Of a DNA stretch of 64,000 nucleotides, positions 49,128-62,429 are shown in pieces (within the stretch, counting starts at the first letter, position 1; each line of letters begins with the position of its first letter). Origin of the DNA: Octopus sinensis (Eukaryota); assembly GCF_006345805.1 (NCBI RefSeq), contig NC_043000.1, positions 23,188,001-23,252,000 of the forward strand, written 5' to 3'. Both the position numbers and the translations under genes were made by a program. The notes beneath the pieces were generated by a model, which worked only from the letters and a program-made list of their open reading frames with translations, made no database searches and had not been told where the DNA came from.

Positions 49128-50767
49128 ATTGCAAATATATATATGTACGGACTAATGCACAAATGAATCTAGACATACGTACAGGGAAGACACATACCAA
49201 CATTATCTCCAGCTCCACCCCCCACCGTCTTCCAATATATGCACAGAGAAAAAAACACTTGCAGCTGAATTTCACAAGAATAAAGCTACAAAACATAAAA
49301 CAAGCAATTTAAAGTAGAAAGATTTTGGGTTTTTTCCCCATCTATTATTGGATCTAACACCAACTGAGTGGCTAAGATTACAGGGGGAAAAAGGGGCCTC
49401 TTTACTAAGGTTTCATGCATTAAGCCATATAAAATTGATATCCAAAGAAGAAAAGAGAAATGGGGTTGGGTTAAGGAATATTAATAAGGGTCCATTTTTT
49501 TATTATGACTTTTCTGTTTTTTTTACTGGTTATATTGTTATTTTGGGTTTTTTTTTCAATTTGTTCATTGTTGTTATTTTTTTTTATTTAGTATGTTCTG
49601 ACAGTAGATTTGAAGGAATTTTAACCAAAAAATATATGAGATTATGCCTTGGCTTGTGAATGATTGATTGATTGATTGATTGAGGGAGTGAGTGAGTGAT
49701 TAAGTGAGTGAGTGAGCAAGTAAGTGAGTACATCTAGCTAGTCTTTCTACAAGAATTTGGCATTGTGTTCTGATATCCATTTCAACATCTGCAGTAGTAC
49801 TATAAATTAAGGATTCATTCCATTGTATCCCTTCTCTAAGTCCTTGTGTTATCCTCATCTGATGAGCGAATGGTGGGGGGGGGAGGGTTGCAATCTTAAA
49901 GGCAATAATAGTGACAGAGATTGGGGGGGGGGGGGCAATAAACTGGTGGTTGAAGTGGAGATGATGGTGGTGGTGGTGGTGGTGGTGCTACTGCTGCTGG
50001 AGGTTTTGGCAGTGGTAGTGATGATGATGATGATGGTAGTTGCAGTGGTTCTTGTGATGCTGGTGGCAGAGGTCATAGCAGTGGTGGGGTGATGAGGGGT
50101 GCTAGTTCTGATGAGTGGGTCATCAGAGAGAATTAGATAAGTATTAGATACAAATTACTGTCATTGAAAAATTACAAAAAATTTTTTTAAATGTGAAAAG
50201 GAAAATAACGAAAAAAAATGAATTCTTGAAAGCAATCAAATTAATGCAAAAATAAAATATATTTTTGGATGATTTTTAAAAATATTTTTTTATTTAAAAA
50301 AAAAATATATATATATATATATATTAAAGATAAGTAGTGGGGAATGGGGAATGGAGGGTTATGTCTCATTGTAACAACAATTGATGAAACAGTCAGCATC
50401 ATTAAGAAACAACCTACAATATATTGGGAATGTTTTGGGTTTTTTTTTTCGCTTTTAGGTTTTTCATGATTATTTCTTTTAAATTGTCAAATCAAAGTTG
50501 GTGATGTATTTATGGTTGGATATGCTCTGTGTGGGTGTGTGTGTACGTGTGTTTAAATATATATATATATATATATACATACAGACATATAGACAAACAA
50601 AAAGACTTACAGACAGATTGACAGACAAACAGACAAATAGATAAATAGACATTCAGGCAGAAAAGAAGGCAAACACACAGACAGACAGACAGACAGATAG
50701 ATATGTGAAAGGCTATAGGGTATGTATTGTTGCTTTCCACAGTTTTGTGTGTAAGTTTGTCTCTGGC

Positions 50768-50813
<46 letters not shown>

Positions 50814-50917
50814 GTGTGTGTGTGTGTGTGTGTGCGTGCGTGCGTGTGTATACACACATATAGACATACATTCACATACATCTTTTTGCTATGTATATAT
50901 GTATGTATACTTTTGAG

Positions 50918-50944
50918 CACTTTGAATGGGAAAGATTTGGCAAG
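50918..50944 (+). CDS. Candidate 27-nt exon with GC donor
   Basis: CTTTTGAG|CAC..AAG|GCAAGT; HFEWERFGK in phase 0; weak pyrimidine tract. Confidence 0.15.
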
Positions 50945-51119
50945 GCAAGTATGTTCTGCTACTTTTCCTTGGGTTCTTAATGCCATCGTAAGATGGAAAA
51001 CCAACCAAAACTACATTCCAGAAAGTGAACAAAATATACAAGTAAAATGATATTTTTAAAGTTAAAGCAATTAATCTATAAGTGGAGCATTTACTTATTG
51101 AGAAAGGCAACATATATAA

Positions 51120-51253
51120 GGCTACATACATACATGCATGCATGCATACACATACATATATGTGAGCATATATGTCTATGTATATATATATATATAGACA
51201 CACACACACACACACACACACACGCATATATACATATACACACTCACACACAC

Positions 51254-51302
<49 letters not shown>

Positions 51303-51387
51303 TAAACACACACATTTATATGTACATATGTATGCATTGGTACATACATACATACACACATACATACATACATATATATATATATAA

Positions 51388-51441
<54 letters not shown>

Positions 51442-51623
51442 GTGTGTGTGTGTGTGTGTTGTGTGTGTGTGTGTGTATATATATGTATATATATATGTAT
51501 GTGTATATGCACTTAAATGTTTGCACGCTTGTATATGCATATGTATATATATATATATATATATATAATTTTTCCCTGTAAGTTTGGATTTACTCCCTAA
51601 TATTATTATATATATATATATAT

Positions 51624-51658
<35 letters not shown>

Positions 51659-51859
51659 TTATTTATTTATATATATATATATATAATATAATATATATAT
51701 ACATATATATAGGTGCACACTTATATACCAATATAGATAATTGCGCTTACACACAAGAAGATACATTTTGTGAGTGTGTGTGTGTGTGCATGTGGTGTGT
51801 GTATGCTTTTGAGTTTCAATTTGAATCTCTGTGTGTATGCATGTACGTGTATTTACATG

Positions 51860-51897
<38 letters not shown>

Positions 51898-51900
51898 TGT
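51120..51900. repeat. Compound (TA)n/(CA)n/(TG)n microsatellite region
   Basis: Directly visible. Confidence 0.95.
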
Positions 51901-53031
51901 AAATAGTATAGACAATTTTTCATAGTCATATATATACATTTTAATATAAATCTTCTATCTTCTGTTCGATCCATTAAGTTAAAAATGCAACTTGACCACT
52001 TTTAAACAAAAACGCAACAGAAAAACCAAAAAAAAAGAACAGAAATAAAGAAAGGACAAAAACCAAAAAAAAACATAGCTCCATATTGTAAACAGGATCT
52101 TATCATCATTTCTGTTAAAAGGTTTATATGTATCATTGAGGCATGTCTGATCCGATCCTGGCTATTAACTGAAAACAATAAGGATTACTTATGTACATAT
52201 ATAACTTCTCATATTTGGCAGAAGAGATGTTGTAACCATATCTTTTATGAGGATATTAGCAATGGAAATGAAGTCAAGTGAAGAATTCTAAATGGTTCTT
52301 CAACTGGGAAATGTAAATGGTATTGGCATGCAGATCCTTAATGTGGTTTTACTTTGCTTAAAATGTTATTGCTCCTTAGGAATGGTTTGCCATCGTAACT
52401 TATGTATGATTGCCTTGCCCTTTGGGTTTTTAGTAATCTGGGTTCCTCTTTATTTGTTTAGTCAGAAGGAGTCAGTTGAGGACTTAACCAGTTGCTTAGA
52501 TTAACACCATCATTACCTGGATACGAGACATTTTGGCACAGCTGTTCTGGTGCCTCTTATTTGCCATTGCTGATTCAATGCTGATTTATCTGACATTAGA
52601 CGTTTTTAATGTTTCTCTTTTTCTCTCCTTCTCTCTCACTTTCTGTTTCTGTCTCTGTCTCTGTCTCTCTCTCTCCCTTCATCTCTGTTTATGTGTGTGA
52701 AAATCTAGTTATACTTGTATGCATGTTTAATGTTGCTCTTTCTGACCCTCTCTTACTCCCTCCCTCTCCTGCTCTCTCTCTCTCTCTCTAACTGTGCATG
52801 CATGCATGAGTGTGTGTGTGTGAGTGTGTGTGTGTGTGTCTGTCTGTCTGCCTGTGTTAGTGCTTGTCCCATCCCAGCACTGACTGACAACTGTAAATAC
52901 ATTGCAGGGTGAAATGAAGTGTTTTGCTCAAGAACACAACACACAGCCCAGTCCAGGAATTGAAACCACGGTCTTGTGATTATGAGCAACAGCATCCCAA
53001 CCACTCGGCTACATGCCTTCATTTTACTCAC

Positions 53032-53214
53032 CATGCAAGAAAGTAATTGAATTCACTCCATTTAGCTTATCTAATTCAATCAAAAAATTAATAACCTTTT
53101 GCATATATTTCCTAACTAACTCCATACAGCATTTAAATGCTGACTCAAGCATTATGCAAAAGATGGTATTTTGCAAAAGATATTTTTGTTTGATAATTTC
53201 TTGGAGTTTATTTT
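53032..53214 (-). CDS. Candidate 183-nt symmetric (phase 1-1) exon
   Basis: TTCTCTAAATGTCTTTAG| ... CATG|GTGAGT; open for the whole exon and closed two codons into the intron; no family recognised. Confidence 0.25.
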
Positions 53215-53398
53215 CTAAAGACATTTAGAGAATTGACCTACAATAGATTATTTTCTTCAGCAAGTTGTTTTTTTTTTTCAATGTAAAGACACAAGAGTAT
53301 ATTTAAGTATATCTGATAAGGATTAGCAGTTTACGTAAGAAATAGCGTTTGTAATATTATAAACAATCTACACAGATAATGGAAAGTTAGTGTTCTCA

Positions 53399-53430
<32 letters not shown>

Positions 53431-53559
53431 TGTGTGTGTGTGTGTGTGTGTGCATGTGTGGGCACATGTGTGTATGTTACATCAGAGCAAAATATGAAAT
53501 TTTGATGTGGTACAGGAAATAAGTGGTTTTGATTATTGTCTTCTGGGAGCTGAGTTCGA

Positions 53560-53945
53560 TGAAGCGCTTATACATATCAGATAAGAGCAAGAGAAAAAAA
53601 ATAAACTAAATTAATAATGATTAAGTGTGAAATATAATTGAGTGTGAAGAGGGAAGTGTTGCTCTCAAGCAAGTTTGTTGAAAGGTGAGTGAATGTTGGA
53701 AGAATGGCCAGTGTGAAAGGACCAATTCTGAGCATACACCTATAAAAAAGGAAATTAAAGGAGAAGGGCTCTTGCCCTGTTGATCAGGCACCCATGGCTT
53801 TTGTGGGTTTTTTCACTAAGACCTTAAAATGCCTCCCTCTATTGGGAGTTTTATTTTAATTTTTCAGTGTTTTTTATAATGTTTACTCGATTCGAAAACC
53901 CATTGTCTTGTGCTGTCGTTTATGTTTGTATCATGTAATTTTATG
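53560..53945 (+). mobile_element. Tx1/L1-like LINE 3' fragment, tail deleted
   Basis: VKREVLLSSKFVER*VNVGRMASVKGPILSIHL* then the shared 3' UTR. Confidence 0.6.
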
Positions 53946-54128
53946 ACTGGTTAAGGTCAAACAACTCAACTGGCTATGGTCAAACAACTGACAAGTAAAT
54001 CTGTGGTATTGAGTAGAATATTTGCTGTAGCCCACCTTTTACACCAAGACAAAAAAATATACATGACAAGCCCTCCAATGAGTTAAAACCAGAAGCCATG
54101 ACAGTCACTGCCTGGTACTGCATCAGGA

Positions 54129-54133
<5 letters not shown>
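53946..54133 (-). mobile_element. Partial copy of the (AAT)n-flanked element (family F)
   Basis: Reverse complement of 61409-61590. Confidence 0.75.
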
Positions 54134-54170
<37 letters not shown>

Positions 54171-54186
54171 TATTATTATTATTATT

Positions 54187-54224
<38 letters not shown>

Positions 54225-54235
54225 TATTATTTTAT

Positions 54236-56153
54236 TGTCTAATGCTAGAGATGTACTATGGTGTCAGCTGTTCACTACCAGTGGACTAAGGTAACATCCC
54301 TTATTTTTTTAGCACCATCTGGAGCATTCGAACAATTCCTAATAGTGCCATTTTCTGCAAGTGCTCCACTCTAATTGCAGCCCCTATTTGTTCCATGTAC
54401 TTCTCAAGAGTTTTACTCACTGTTCCCAGATCTCTGGCAATTATTGGTACTAAAAATTGGTTCTATCTTTTTCACTGACCACAACTGCTTAACCTCCCAA
54501 GCTAATCTGTCATATCTATCGACTTTTCTTTCTTCCTTATCGCATACCTTGTTTTCAGCTAGGCATGCTATATCTGTGATCCAATATCATTTGCTTTCTT
54601 TCTCTATTAACAGTATGTCTGGTTTCCTATTCTCTATCCAATGGTCTCACTGAATCATAAAATCCCATAAGATCTTTGCATTATCATTTTCAATGATGCC
54701 TTCGGGTTTATGTTTGTACCACTTTTTTGCTCTGTCAAGCCCATACTTGTTGCAAAGTGTCCAATGGACAATCCTTGCTATATTGTTGTGGTGTCTCTTA
54801 TATTCCTTCTGGGCTAGTGGTGTACATTGACTGATAATATGCCATACGGTTTCACCGTTTTGTCCACAAATTCTGCACTAATCACTTTCTGGTGTTGTCT
54901 ATTCTGTATTTGATGTAATTGGTTCTTAATGCTTGCTCTTGCCCAGCACAGATTAGAGCCTTCGTTCCCGGTTTTAAATCACTTTTAGCCGTCCATAGCC
55001 ATCATTTTTCTCTGTCTGTCTTATCTTCAACATCCCTACGAAACTGTCCATGCATTCTTTTCTTTATCCACCTATTTTCAGTTTCATTCATTCTCAAGTG
55101 CTTGTATAATGCTTTATCTTTGCAATCTTTCATCCTACACAAGCCTAACCTTCTTACTTCCAGTAGTAGCGGTTCTGTGGTATTTTTTACATACCATGCT
55201 ATGTTGTTTCCTTCTGCTTTAATGCTGTATTTGCATCTAATCAGTCCTCTTACCCCTCTTTTTCTTGGTACATATAGTCTGTGTCACTTTTTGGGTGGAG
55301 TATCCCATATCTAGTCAGTAACTTCCTTGTCTTTCTGTCTAAGCTGTTTAGTTCATCTACTGTCCATGCAATTTCCCCTGCTCCATATCTAAGGAGTGAA
55401 ACTGCTCAGGTGTTGATAGCTTCAATCTTATTCTGTTCATTTAATTTTAACTTAAAGATTAGTCTCAGTCTGTGCAGGTACTCTACTTTAAATTTTTCTG
55501 TAATTACTTTCTCCATCAATTTCTCCATTTCCCAAATCCCCAAGTACTTATAACCCATCTCTTCTCACTGCTTCATAACTTCCCCCGACAGTATCACTAG
55601 CCCATCCACACATTTGATTTTGCTTTTCTTCAAGACTAACACACCACACTTTCTTAATCCGAACTCCATTCTAATATAAGCACTGAAAGTATACACCGTA
55701 TCAACGAGGGAACTGACTTGGGATTCATTTTTACCATAAAGTTTGAGGTCATCCATGAATAACAAGTGGTTGACTTTTTGTTGGCTGCTTTTGAATACAT
55801 ACCCAGCCTTTGTGTTCCTCAGAATCAGTGTTAGTGGTATCAAGCACGGTACAAAGATCAGTGGGGACAGGCAGTGCCTTTGGAAGATGCCTCTCCTGAT
55901 TTCTATTGTCCCTAAACTTCTTCCATATGCTGTCAGTTCCATCCTCCACTTCACCATACTTTTTCCAAGCAATCATTCAATATTTGATGCAATACCAAAT
56001 AAGTTCATACATTCCATAATCCTCCAAGAATGTGAGATCATACATATCATATGCCTTACGATAATCAATCTATGACATGGCTAAGTTAGTTTGCTTCTTC
56101 TTGCAGTCTCTAAGTACAGTTTTGTCTACCAGAAGTTGATTCTTGGCCAAAAG
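54236..56153 (-). mobile_element. 5'-truncated R4/Dong-clade LINE with (TGA)n(TAA)n tail
   Basis: IDYRKAYD, RRGIFQ..LSPLIF, FMDDLKLY (55748-55759), KYLG, HGQF, QEQALRTNY, RKPDIL; several stops and frameshifts. Confidence 0.9.
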
Positions 56154-56261
56154 TAATAATAATAATAATCCCTTTTACCACAGGCACCAGGCCTGAGATT
56201 TTGAGACGGGAGCTAGTCAATGACAACTGCAGTGATCAGCTGATACTTAATTCAATATATA

Positions 56262-56670
56262 GGCTCAGGTGTGGCTATGTGATAAGGAACTTGCTTCACG
56301 ACCAGATGGTTCTGGGTTCAGACCCACTGCATGACACCTTGAGCAAGTGTCTTCTACTATAGCCTCAGGCTGATCAAAGCTTTCTGAGTGGAATTGGAGA
56401 GATAGAAACTGAAAGAAGCCTGTCATATATGCATATATTTACTTAAGTGTGTGTCTTTTTGTCTGTGTTTGTCCCCTACCACCATTTGACAACCGGTGTT
56501 TGTGTGTTTACATCCTCTTAGCTTAGCAGTTTGGCAAGAGTCACTGATAGAATAAGTACCAGGCTTAAAAAAAAAAAGTAATGGTATTGATTCACTCAAC
56601 TAAAAATTCTTCAAGGCAGTGCCCCAGCATGGCTGCAATCCAATTACTAAGACAAGTAAAAAACAAAAGA
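56262..56670 (+). mobile_element. SINE family A
   Basis: Head, body, tail. Confidence 0.8.
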
Positions 56671-56774
56671 TAACCCTCCACCCCCACCACAAGGATGAAA
56701 GGTAATGTTGACTCATATTATGGGATTACACATGAGTTGTGGTTGCTTCCTCCCTTTCCATCACCAGTCTTTAG

Positions 56775-57235
56775 CACTTTCATCACCAACCCGGCTGAAC
56801 TATCTCTAGCTCTGTAGTACAAATGTCTTGTTTTTAAAAGTTTGGAATTAAAATCTTTCACCAAACCTTAGTCACAATTTATGTTCCTAACACTAGCTTA
56901 ATGATAACTAAGTTATTTTACTAAATTATTTGTTATATTTAAAATTGATTTAAAGAAACAGAGTATCTCAACAGAAATATGGTAACAAAAGGGTTAACAA
57001 GTGATTAATTTAACCCTTTCAATACCAACCTGGCTGAAACCACCTCTGGCTCTGTAGTACAAATGTCTTGTTTTCAAAAGTTTTGAATTAAAATCTTCCA
57101 CCAAACTTTAGTCACAATTTATGTTCCTAACACTAGCTTTATGATAACTAAGTTATTTTACTAAACTCTTTGTTATATTTAAAATTAATTGAAAAAAACA
57201 CAGAGCATCTCAACAGAAATATGGTAACAAAAGGG
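56775..57235. mobile_element. Two tandem ~220-bp TTAA-type MITEs (56775-56993, 57014-57235)
   Basis: TTAA|CCCTTTCAATACC ... GGTAACAAAAGGG|TTAA; near-identical bodies. Confidence 0.85.
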
Positions 57236-57845
57236 TTAAGGCTATGCAAAAGAGTTATTGGTACTGTTTTTCTTCCATTTATTAAGCCATAAACAATTTT
57301 AAAATGGTTTCATTTAGAGTGGTATTGCCAAAGTGATGAACCTTAAACATGAATACACAAAACTGAGTTGTATTACAAATACAAAAAGCATATATATAAT
57401 GTGCCCTAGGACGCACATAGAGATGAGTGCAGAGGAAAAACAGGTGTCATATTCCAACGAAATTCATCTTGCCAGCATCACATCAGAATCTACGGGTGTG
57501 ACAGTGAAAGAAATGAAACATGTCCAGACTATCACAAGTTATTATCCTCATCATTGGCATCATTGTTTTAACGTCCACTTTTCCATGCTGGCATGATTCA
57601 GATGGACTTTATCGAGGCAGATTTTCTACAGCTGGATGCTTTTTTGTCACCAACCCTCACCTGTTTTCAAGCAACGTAATATTTTCACCATGGCCAATAT
57701 TGGAAATGAATGACACTGCCTGTATAACAGTGGCACTCATTCACAACTATCACATGATGTCAAGACAAGGAAACACAAACATACATACACTCACTCTCAC
57801 TCACACACACACACATACATACACACACACGTACACACACACATG

Positions 57846-57900
<55 letters not shown>

Positions 57901-57919
57901 CACATACACACAGACACAC

Positions 57920-57966
<47 letters not shown>

Positions 57967-58274
57967 CAGGCAGGCAGGCAGGCAGGCAGGCATGCATGCA
58001 GGCAGGCAGACAGACAATTAAACACACAGACAGACTGATACAATAGATTTCTACTAGTTTCTATTTGCCAAATCTACTCACAAGGCTTTGGTTGGCCTGG
58101 GGCCATAACAGAAGACACTTGCCCAAGGTGCCATACAGTGGGATTGAACTCAGAACCATGTGGTTGGGAAGCAAGCTCCTTAACCACACAACCATACTTC
58201 AGTATGATAAGTTGCTGCATGTTGGGTCATGCAGTTAGGTCCTCAATTACATAGATGGTATGGTATATATATAT

Positions 58275-58519
58275 ATTTCTTTACTGCCCACAAGGGGCTA
58301 AACATAGAGGGGACAAACAAGGACAGACAAACGGATTAAGTCGATTACATCGACCCCAGTGCGTAACTGGTACTTTATTTATCGACCCCGTAAGGATGAA
58401 AGGCAAAGTCGACCTCAGCGGAATTTGAACTCAGAACATAACGGCAGACGAAATACGGCAGACGAAATATGGCTACGCATTTCGCCCGGCGTGCTAACGT
58501 TTCTGCCAGCTCACCGCCT
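58275..58519 (-). mobile_element. SINE family B, well preserved
   Basis: Complete reverse complement of family B, in (TA)n. Confidence 0.9.
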
Positions 58520-58530
58520 ATATATATGGT

Positions 58531-58922
58531 ATATATATATATATATATATATAAAGCTGAAGTTGTCTGTGTATGGCAGCTTTGGTAGCCTTCAACTAGC
58601 ACTATCTCCTCCAAGACCCTGCAATGCAAGTTGACCAAAATTGAGAATATGATAGAAGAAGGCTTGCTCTTCCTTCCGTACAAGAAAAAATTCAAATCAG
58701 ACCATGTTAACACCAAAAATTATTTACATCAAAAAGGTGCTTTTTTTCTGTGAAAATCCCGATTTTTTACGATTTTTTTACTGCTGTGTTGCCATTTTTC
58801 AATGTATTTCAAACAGAAAAAATGTTCACTTAAAGAGAATAACAAGCTACATAATGCAAAATTTTTACTTTTCAAAAATTCAAATTCTAAAGGGTCGAAA
58901 CAACGCCGAGCGATACTGCTAG
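58531..58922 (+). mobile_element. Non-autonomous Helitron
   Basis: 5' TATATATAAAGCTGAAG; 3' GC-rich subterminal GGGTCGAAACAACGCCGAGCG then CTAG at 58919-58922; no TIR or TSD. Confidence 0.65.
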
Positions 58923-59929
58923 AATATATATATATATATATATATCTGAAGCACTGAATCTGTGGATCACATGTAATCATTTGACAGACTATTTACATCT
59001 TTGCCATAGATCTCCTTTATCAGCGGTAACCAATGATAACCAATGATACGCAACAACATGGCAACACATCAGAATGCAATTATGGTACCTGGGCTCTTGA
59101 ATTAACACAAAACCTTGTGAAATGCTTAGCTGCTAAGATTCTAAATTGTATCACAGAAGGAAAGAACATTCTTATTGAAATAACATTTCGCATTTTAACT
59201 CTGTAATTTAGAGAAACATCTTTTCTGGTTTTCATTCTTCTACATTACTTAATAGCCAAAGAATTCAATTAGCACAAAGATTCTGCCATCAAATCTGTTT
59301 GGTTATGGCTCTAAAGCATTCAAAATTGATCTGATCTGCTAGCATAATTTCTTGCCAATTTTCAAAAAGTGGCATTTACAGTTTTTGGCACAAATTTTTT
59401 ATTAATCAATTCACCAAAATTTCCAATCAATAGCCTGAAATATGCTGAACCAACCAAAGATGAGTAAGCAAGTTATTTTATAGTTGAATATAAAATTCAA
59501 TACAATGACAGCTATTTTATTGGCAAACTGTCAAATCGTGTACTATAAAGCTGCTGTTTTAAAAATTATGTAACCTCAAACACAACACAAGAAAGGCAGC
59601 AACAATATTGATAGGAATAAATGGAAGAGACAGATCTGTAAATATTACTGCTGCCTGAGCAACTTTGAAACCATCTTCGGTCTGAATTCTTTCAGTATTG
59701 ATTTCTTTGGACTAGGTAAAGAGCAGTTTTGGTGTAGAGGAGAGAGAGAGAGAGAGGTGGGGGAAAGTCCATTGAAAATTACCCCCAGTATATTACTGTA
59801 GTTGTTATATTAACTCTGGAAGGAAAAGAAATGTTGAAGTCAGCCGCAAGATTTGTGCGGTCAGAAGATCGAAAAAGAAAACATCCTGCTATTTTTTACC
59901 AACTCGAGTCAATCTTATGTAGGAAATAG

Positions 59930-60166
59930 ATAACACTCTTACATCACCATCATCATTGTCATCGTCGTCGTCGTCGTTGTCATCATCATCATCAATACTC
60001 TTACATCACCATCATCGTCATCGCCATCGTCATCATCATCATCATCATCATCATCATAACACTCTTACATCACCACCATCATCGTCGTCGTCATCATCGT
60101 CATCATCATCATCATCAATACTCTTACATCACCATCATCGTCGTCGTCGTCGCCATCGTCATCATC

Positions 60167-60198
<32 letters not shown>

Positions 60199-60310
60199 CA
60201 TAACATTCTTACATCACCACCATCACCGTTGTCGTCGTCATCATCATCATCAATACTCTTACATCACCATCATCGTCGTCATCGTCGTCATCATCATCAT
60301 CATCATCTTA
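59930..60310. repeat. (CAT/CGT)n array with a dimeric higher-order unit x3
   Basis: A(C/T)TCTTACATCACC at 59935, 59997, 60061, 60120, 60205, 60255. Confidence 0.9.
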
Positions 60311-61181
60311 ACACCTGAATAAAGAAAACATTGCTCTGTGTAACACGTATTCTTAAAGACAAGGTGATGATTTCTTTCATCGCTATGTTATTGTGATTCA
60401 TTGAAATTCCACATAAATTTCTTGCAGCAACATGTTTTTTTGTTTTTGTTCTTTTTTTTATTCATTTATTTAGTTATATATTTATCTATTTATTTATTTA
60501 TTTAATGAAGTTATTGTTATTGACAGAGAGTTTAGACTTCTAGAATGGTTTGAGAGATAACGGAAGCCTTCTAGAAAAATCAATATTTTTCTAGCGAATC
60601 ACATTATAACTCTCTTGGTGTAAAACTATTTTCTGTTCACTCTGTAACTAACTAATCAATAACTCAGATAATAAACAGCCTGGCACAGCAGTCCTCTCTT
60701 TCTTTCTTTCTTTCTTTCTTTCTGTTGATGTTATCATTTAGCTAGATGTTTCATAAATGATATATACCATAGCAATAGAACAATAGATACCAGATAAATA
60801 TGAAAGACATGTAAATAAAGGAGAGCAAGGGAAGAAGAAGATATGATTTTATTCACCAACAGATATCACAAAGATACATAATTTGCTTACATTTATGAAT
60901 GTTTCTGTGAAAAAAAGATGACACTTATGCTTCAGTGTTATCAAGAAGGTAGGAAAATAAACTTCTTACATTCACACAAGCACATGTATTCCCACATGCA
61001 TGCATACAGATGCGTGGTACATACATGTATGCAGCCATTAATATGAAATATGAATAATACTGTGGGATGTAAGAAATCAACAAAATTTTTTGATATTTTT
61101 GTTTCATCCATTTTTTGAGCTGAAATATATTGGTCTTAAAACATTTATTACTACTACTGCTGCTGCTGCTACTGCTGCTTC

Positions 61182-61214
<33 letters not shown>

Positions 61215-61347
61215 CAACGACAACAACGATGATGACAAGGAAGATAAAAGCCAACCTCAACAGAATTTGAACTCAGAATGTAAAGATGGTCAGTGTGTCA
61301 CTAAGCATTTTGTCAGGCATGCTAATGATTCTGCCAGCTCACTGTGT

Positions 61348-61408
<61 letters not shown>

Positions 61409-61410
<2 letters not shown>

Positions 61411-61960
61411 GCCCTGACGCAGTACCAGGCAGTGGCTCTCACAGCTTCTGATCTTAACTGATTTGAAGTGTTATCATGTACATTGTTTTGTCTTGGTATA
61501 AAAGATGGACTACAGCAAATATTCTGCTCAATACCACAGATTTGCTTGTCAGTTGTTTGACCTTAACAAGTTGAGCATGTCCCTTAATGGCTGACGATAT
61601 ATGCACCTCTGATCATGAGCAGAAGTAGTGTGGGAGCATCATAGCCTTGTGTCGAGAGGGATTCTTTGGGGTTTGAATAATTCACTTCTGGAAACATAGG
61701 TGTTTCGTTCAATATCCTTAAACAACCCTTATTCAGGGACCTTTTGAGCAGGATGGATTACTTGACCAGAAGAAAATTCTAACTGGGCCCCACCTGCAAG
61801 GTCATGTGCTGTTAATCTTGATATGAGATCACTATGTTGCGCACATATGGTTGTGATGCATGTGCCTAGTGTACCCTTATCAGACAGGTAGTCATGATGG
61901 GTATACTAGGCTTTGTATATTTTACCCCAGTTTCACTTTGATGGCATACACTACTCTCTC
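61409..61960 (+). mobile_element. Unclassified ~550-bp element flanked by (AAT)n on both sides (family F)
   Basis: Second partial copy at 53946-54133; no ORF or Pol III boxes recognised; orientation inferred from the (TAA)n context. Confidence 0.65.
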
Positions 61961-61984
61961 AATAATAATAATAATAATAATAAT

Positions 61985-62279
61985 TCATTCTTTTGTTAGC
62001 CACAAGGGATCACATAAAATTACATTAAAAGACAAAAACAGGACGATACAAGGGGTTTTACAACGTGTAAACAATATAAATAACAATTAAAATTAAACAA
62101 ATTAAAACTCTCAATAGGGGAGGCACTTGAAGGACCTCATGGAAAGACCCACAAAAGTCACAGCAAGAGCCCTTCTCCTTATTTTTTTTTGCAGGTGCAC
62201 GCTCAGAATTGGTCCTTTTACACTCGTCATTCTTCCAGCATTCGACCACCTTTCAACAAACTTGCTACAAGGCAACACT
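61985..62279 (-). mobile_element. Tx1/L1-like LINE 3' fragment with (ATT)n tail
   Basis: KFVERWSNAGRMTSVKGPILSVHL; homologous to 53670-53945. Confidence 0.65.
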
Positions 62280-62429
62280 AATAATAACAATAATAATAAT
62301 AGTCCTTTCTACTATAGGCACAAGACCTGGAATTTATGGGGAGGGGGATAGTCAATGACATTGACCCCAGTATTAGACTGGTACTTAATTTATGGACCCC
62401 AAAAGAACATTTTTACCTCTCAGAAAAGG

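Noticed and set aside
48452-49312. Longest ORF (286 aa) and the overlapping 186-aa and poly-Thr ORFs
   Set aside because: Translations of compound trinucleotide microsatellites; the same applies to the poly-His/Pro/Ile/Tyr-Ile ORFs at 1.2, 7.6, 10.5, 14.4, 15.8, 16.7, 39.8, 43.9, 51 and 60 kb
60891-60904. Minus-strand 14-nt microexon candidate (strong acceptor, GTAAGC donor)
   Set aside because: Not frame-preserving and I found no supported partner exon; needs reads
61850-61960. Hammerhead or twister ribozyme in the family F end (CTGATAAG on the minus strand, hairpins)
   Set aside because: Core has A instead of G8 and no GAAA follows; twister pairings are incomplete
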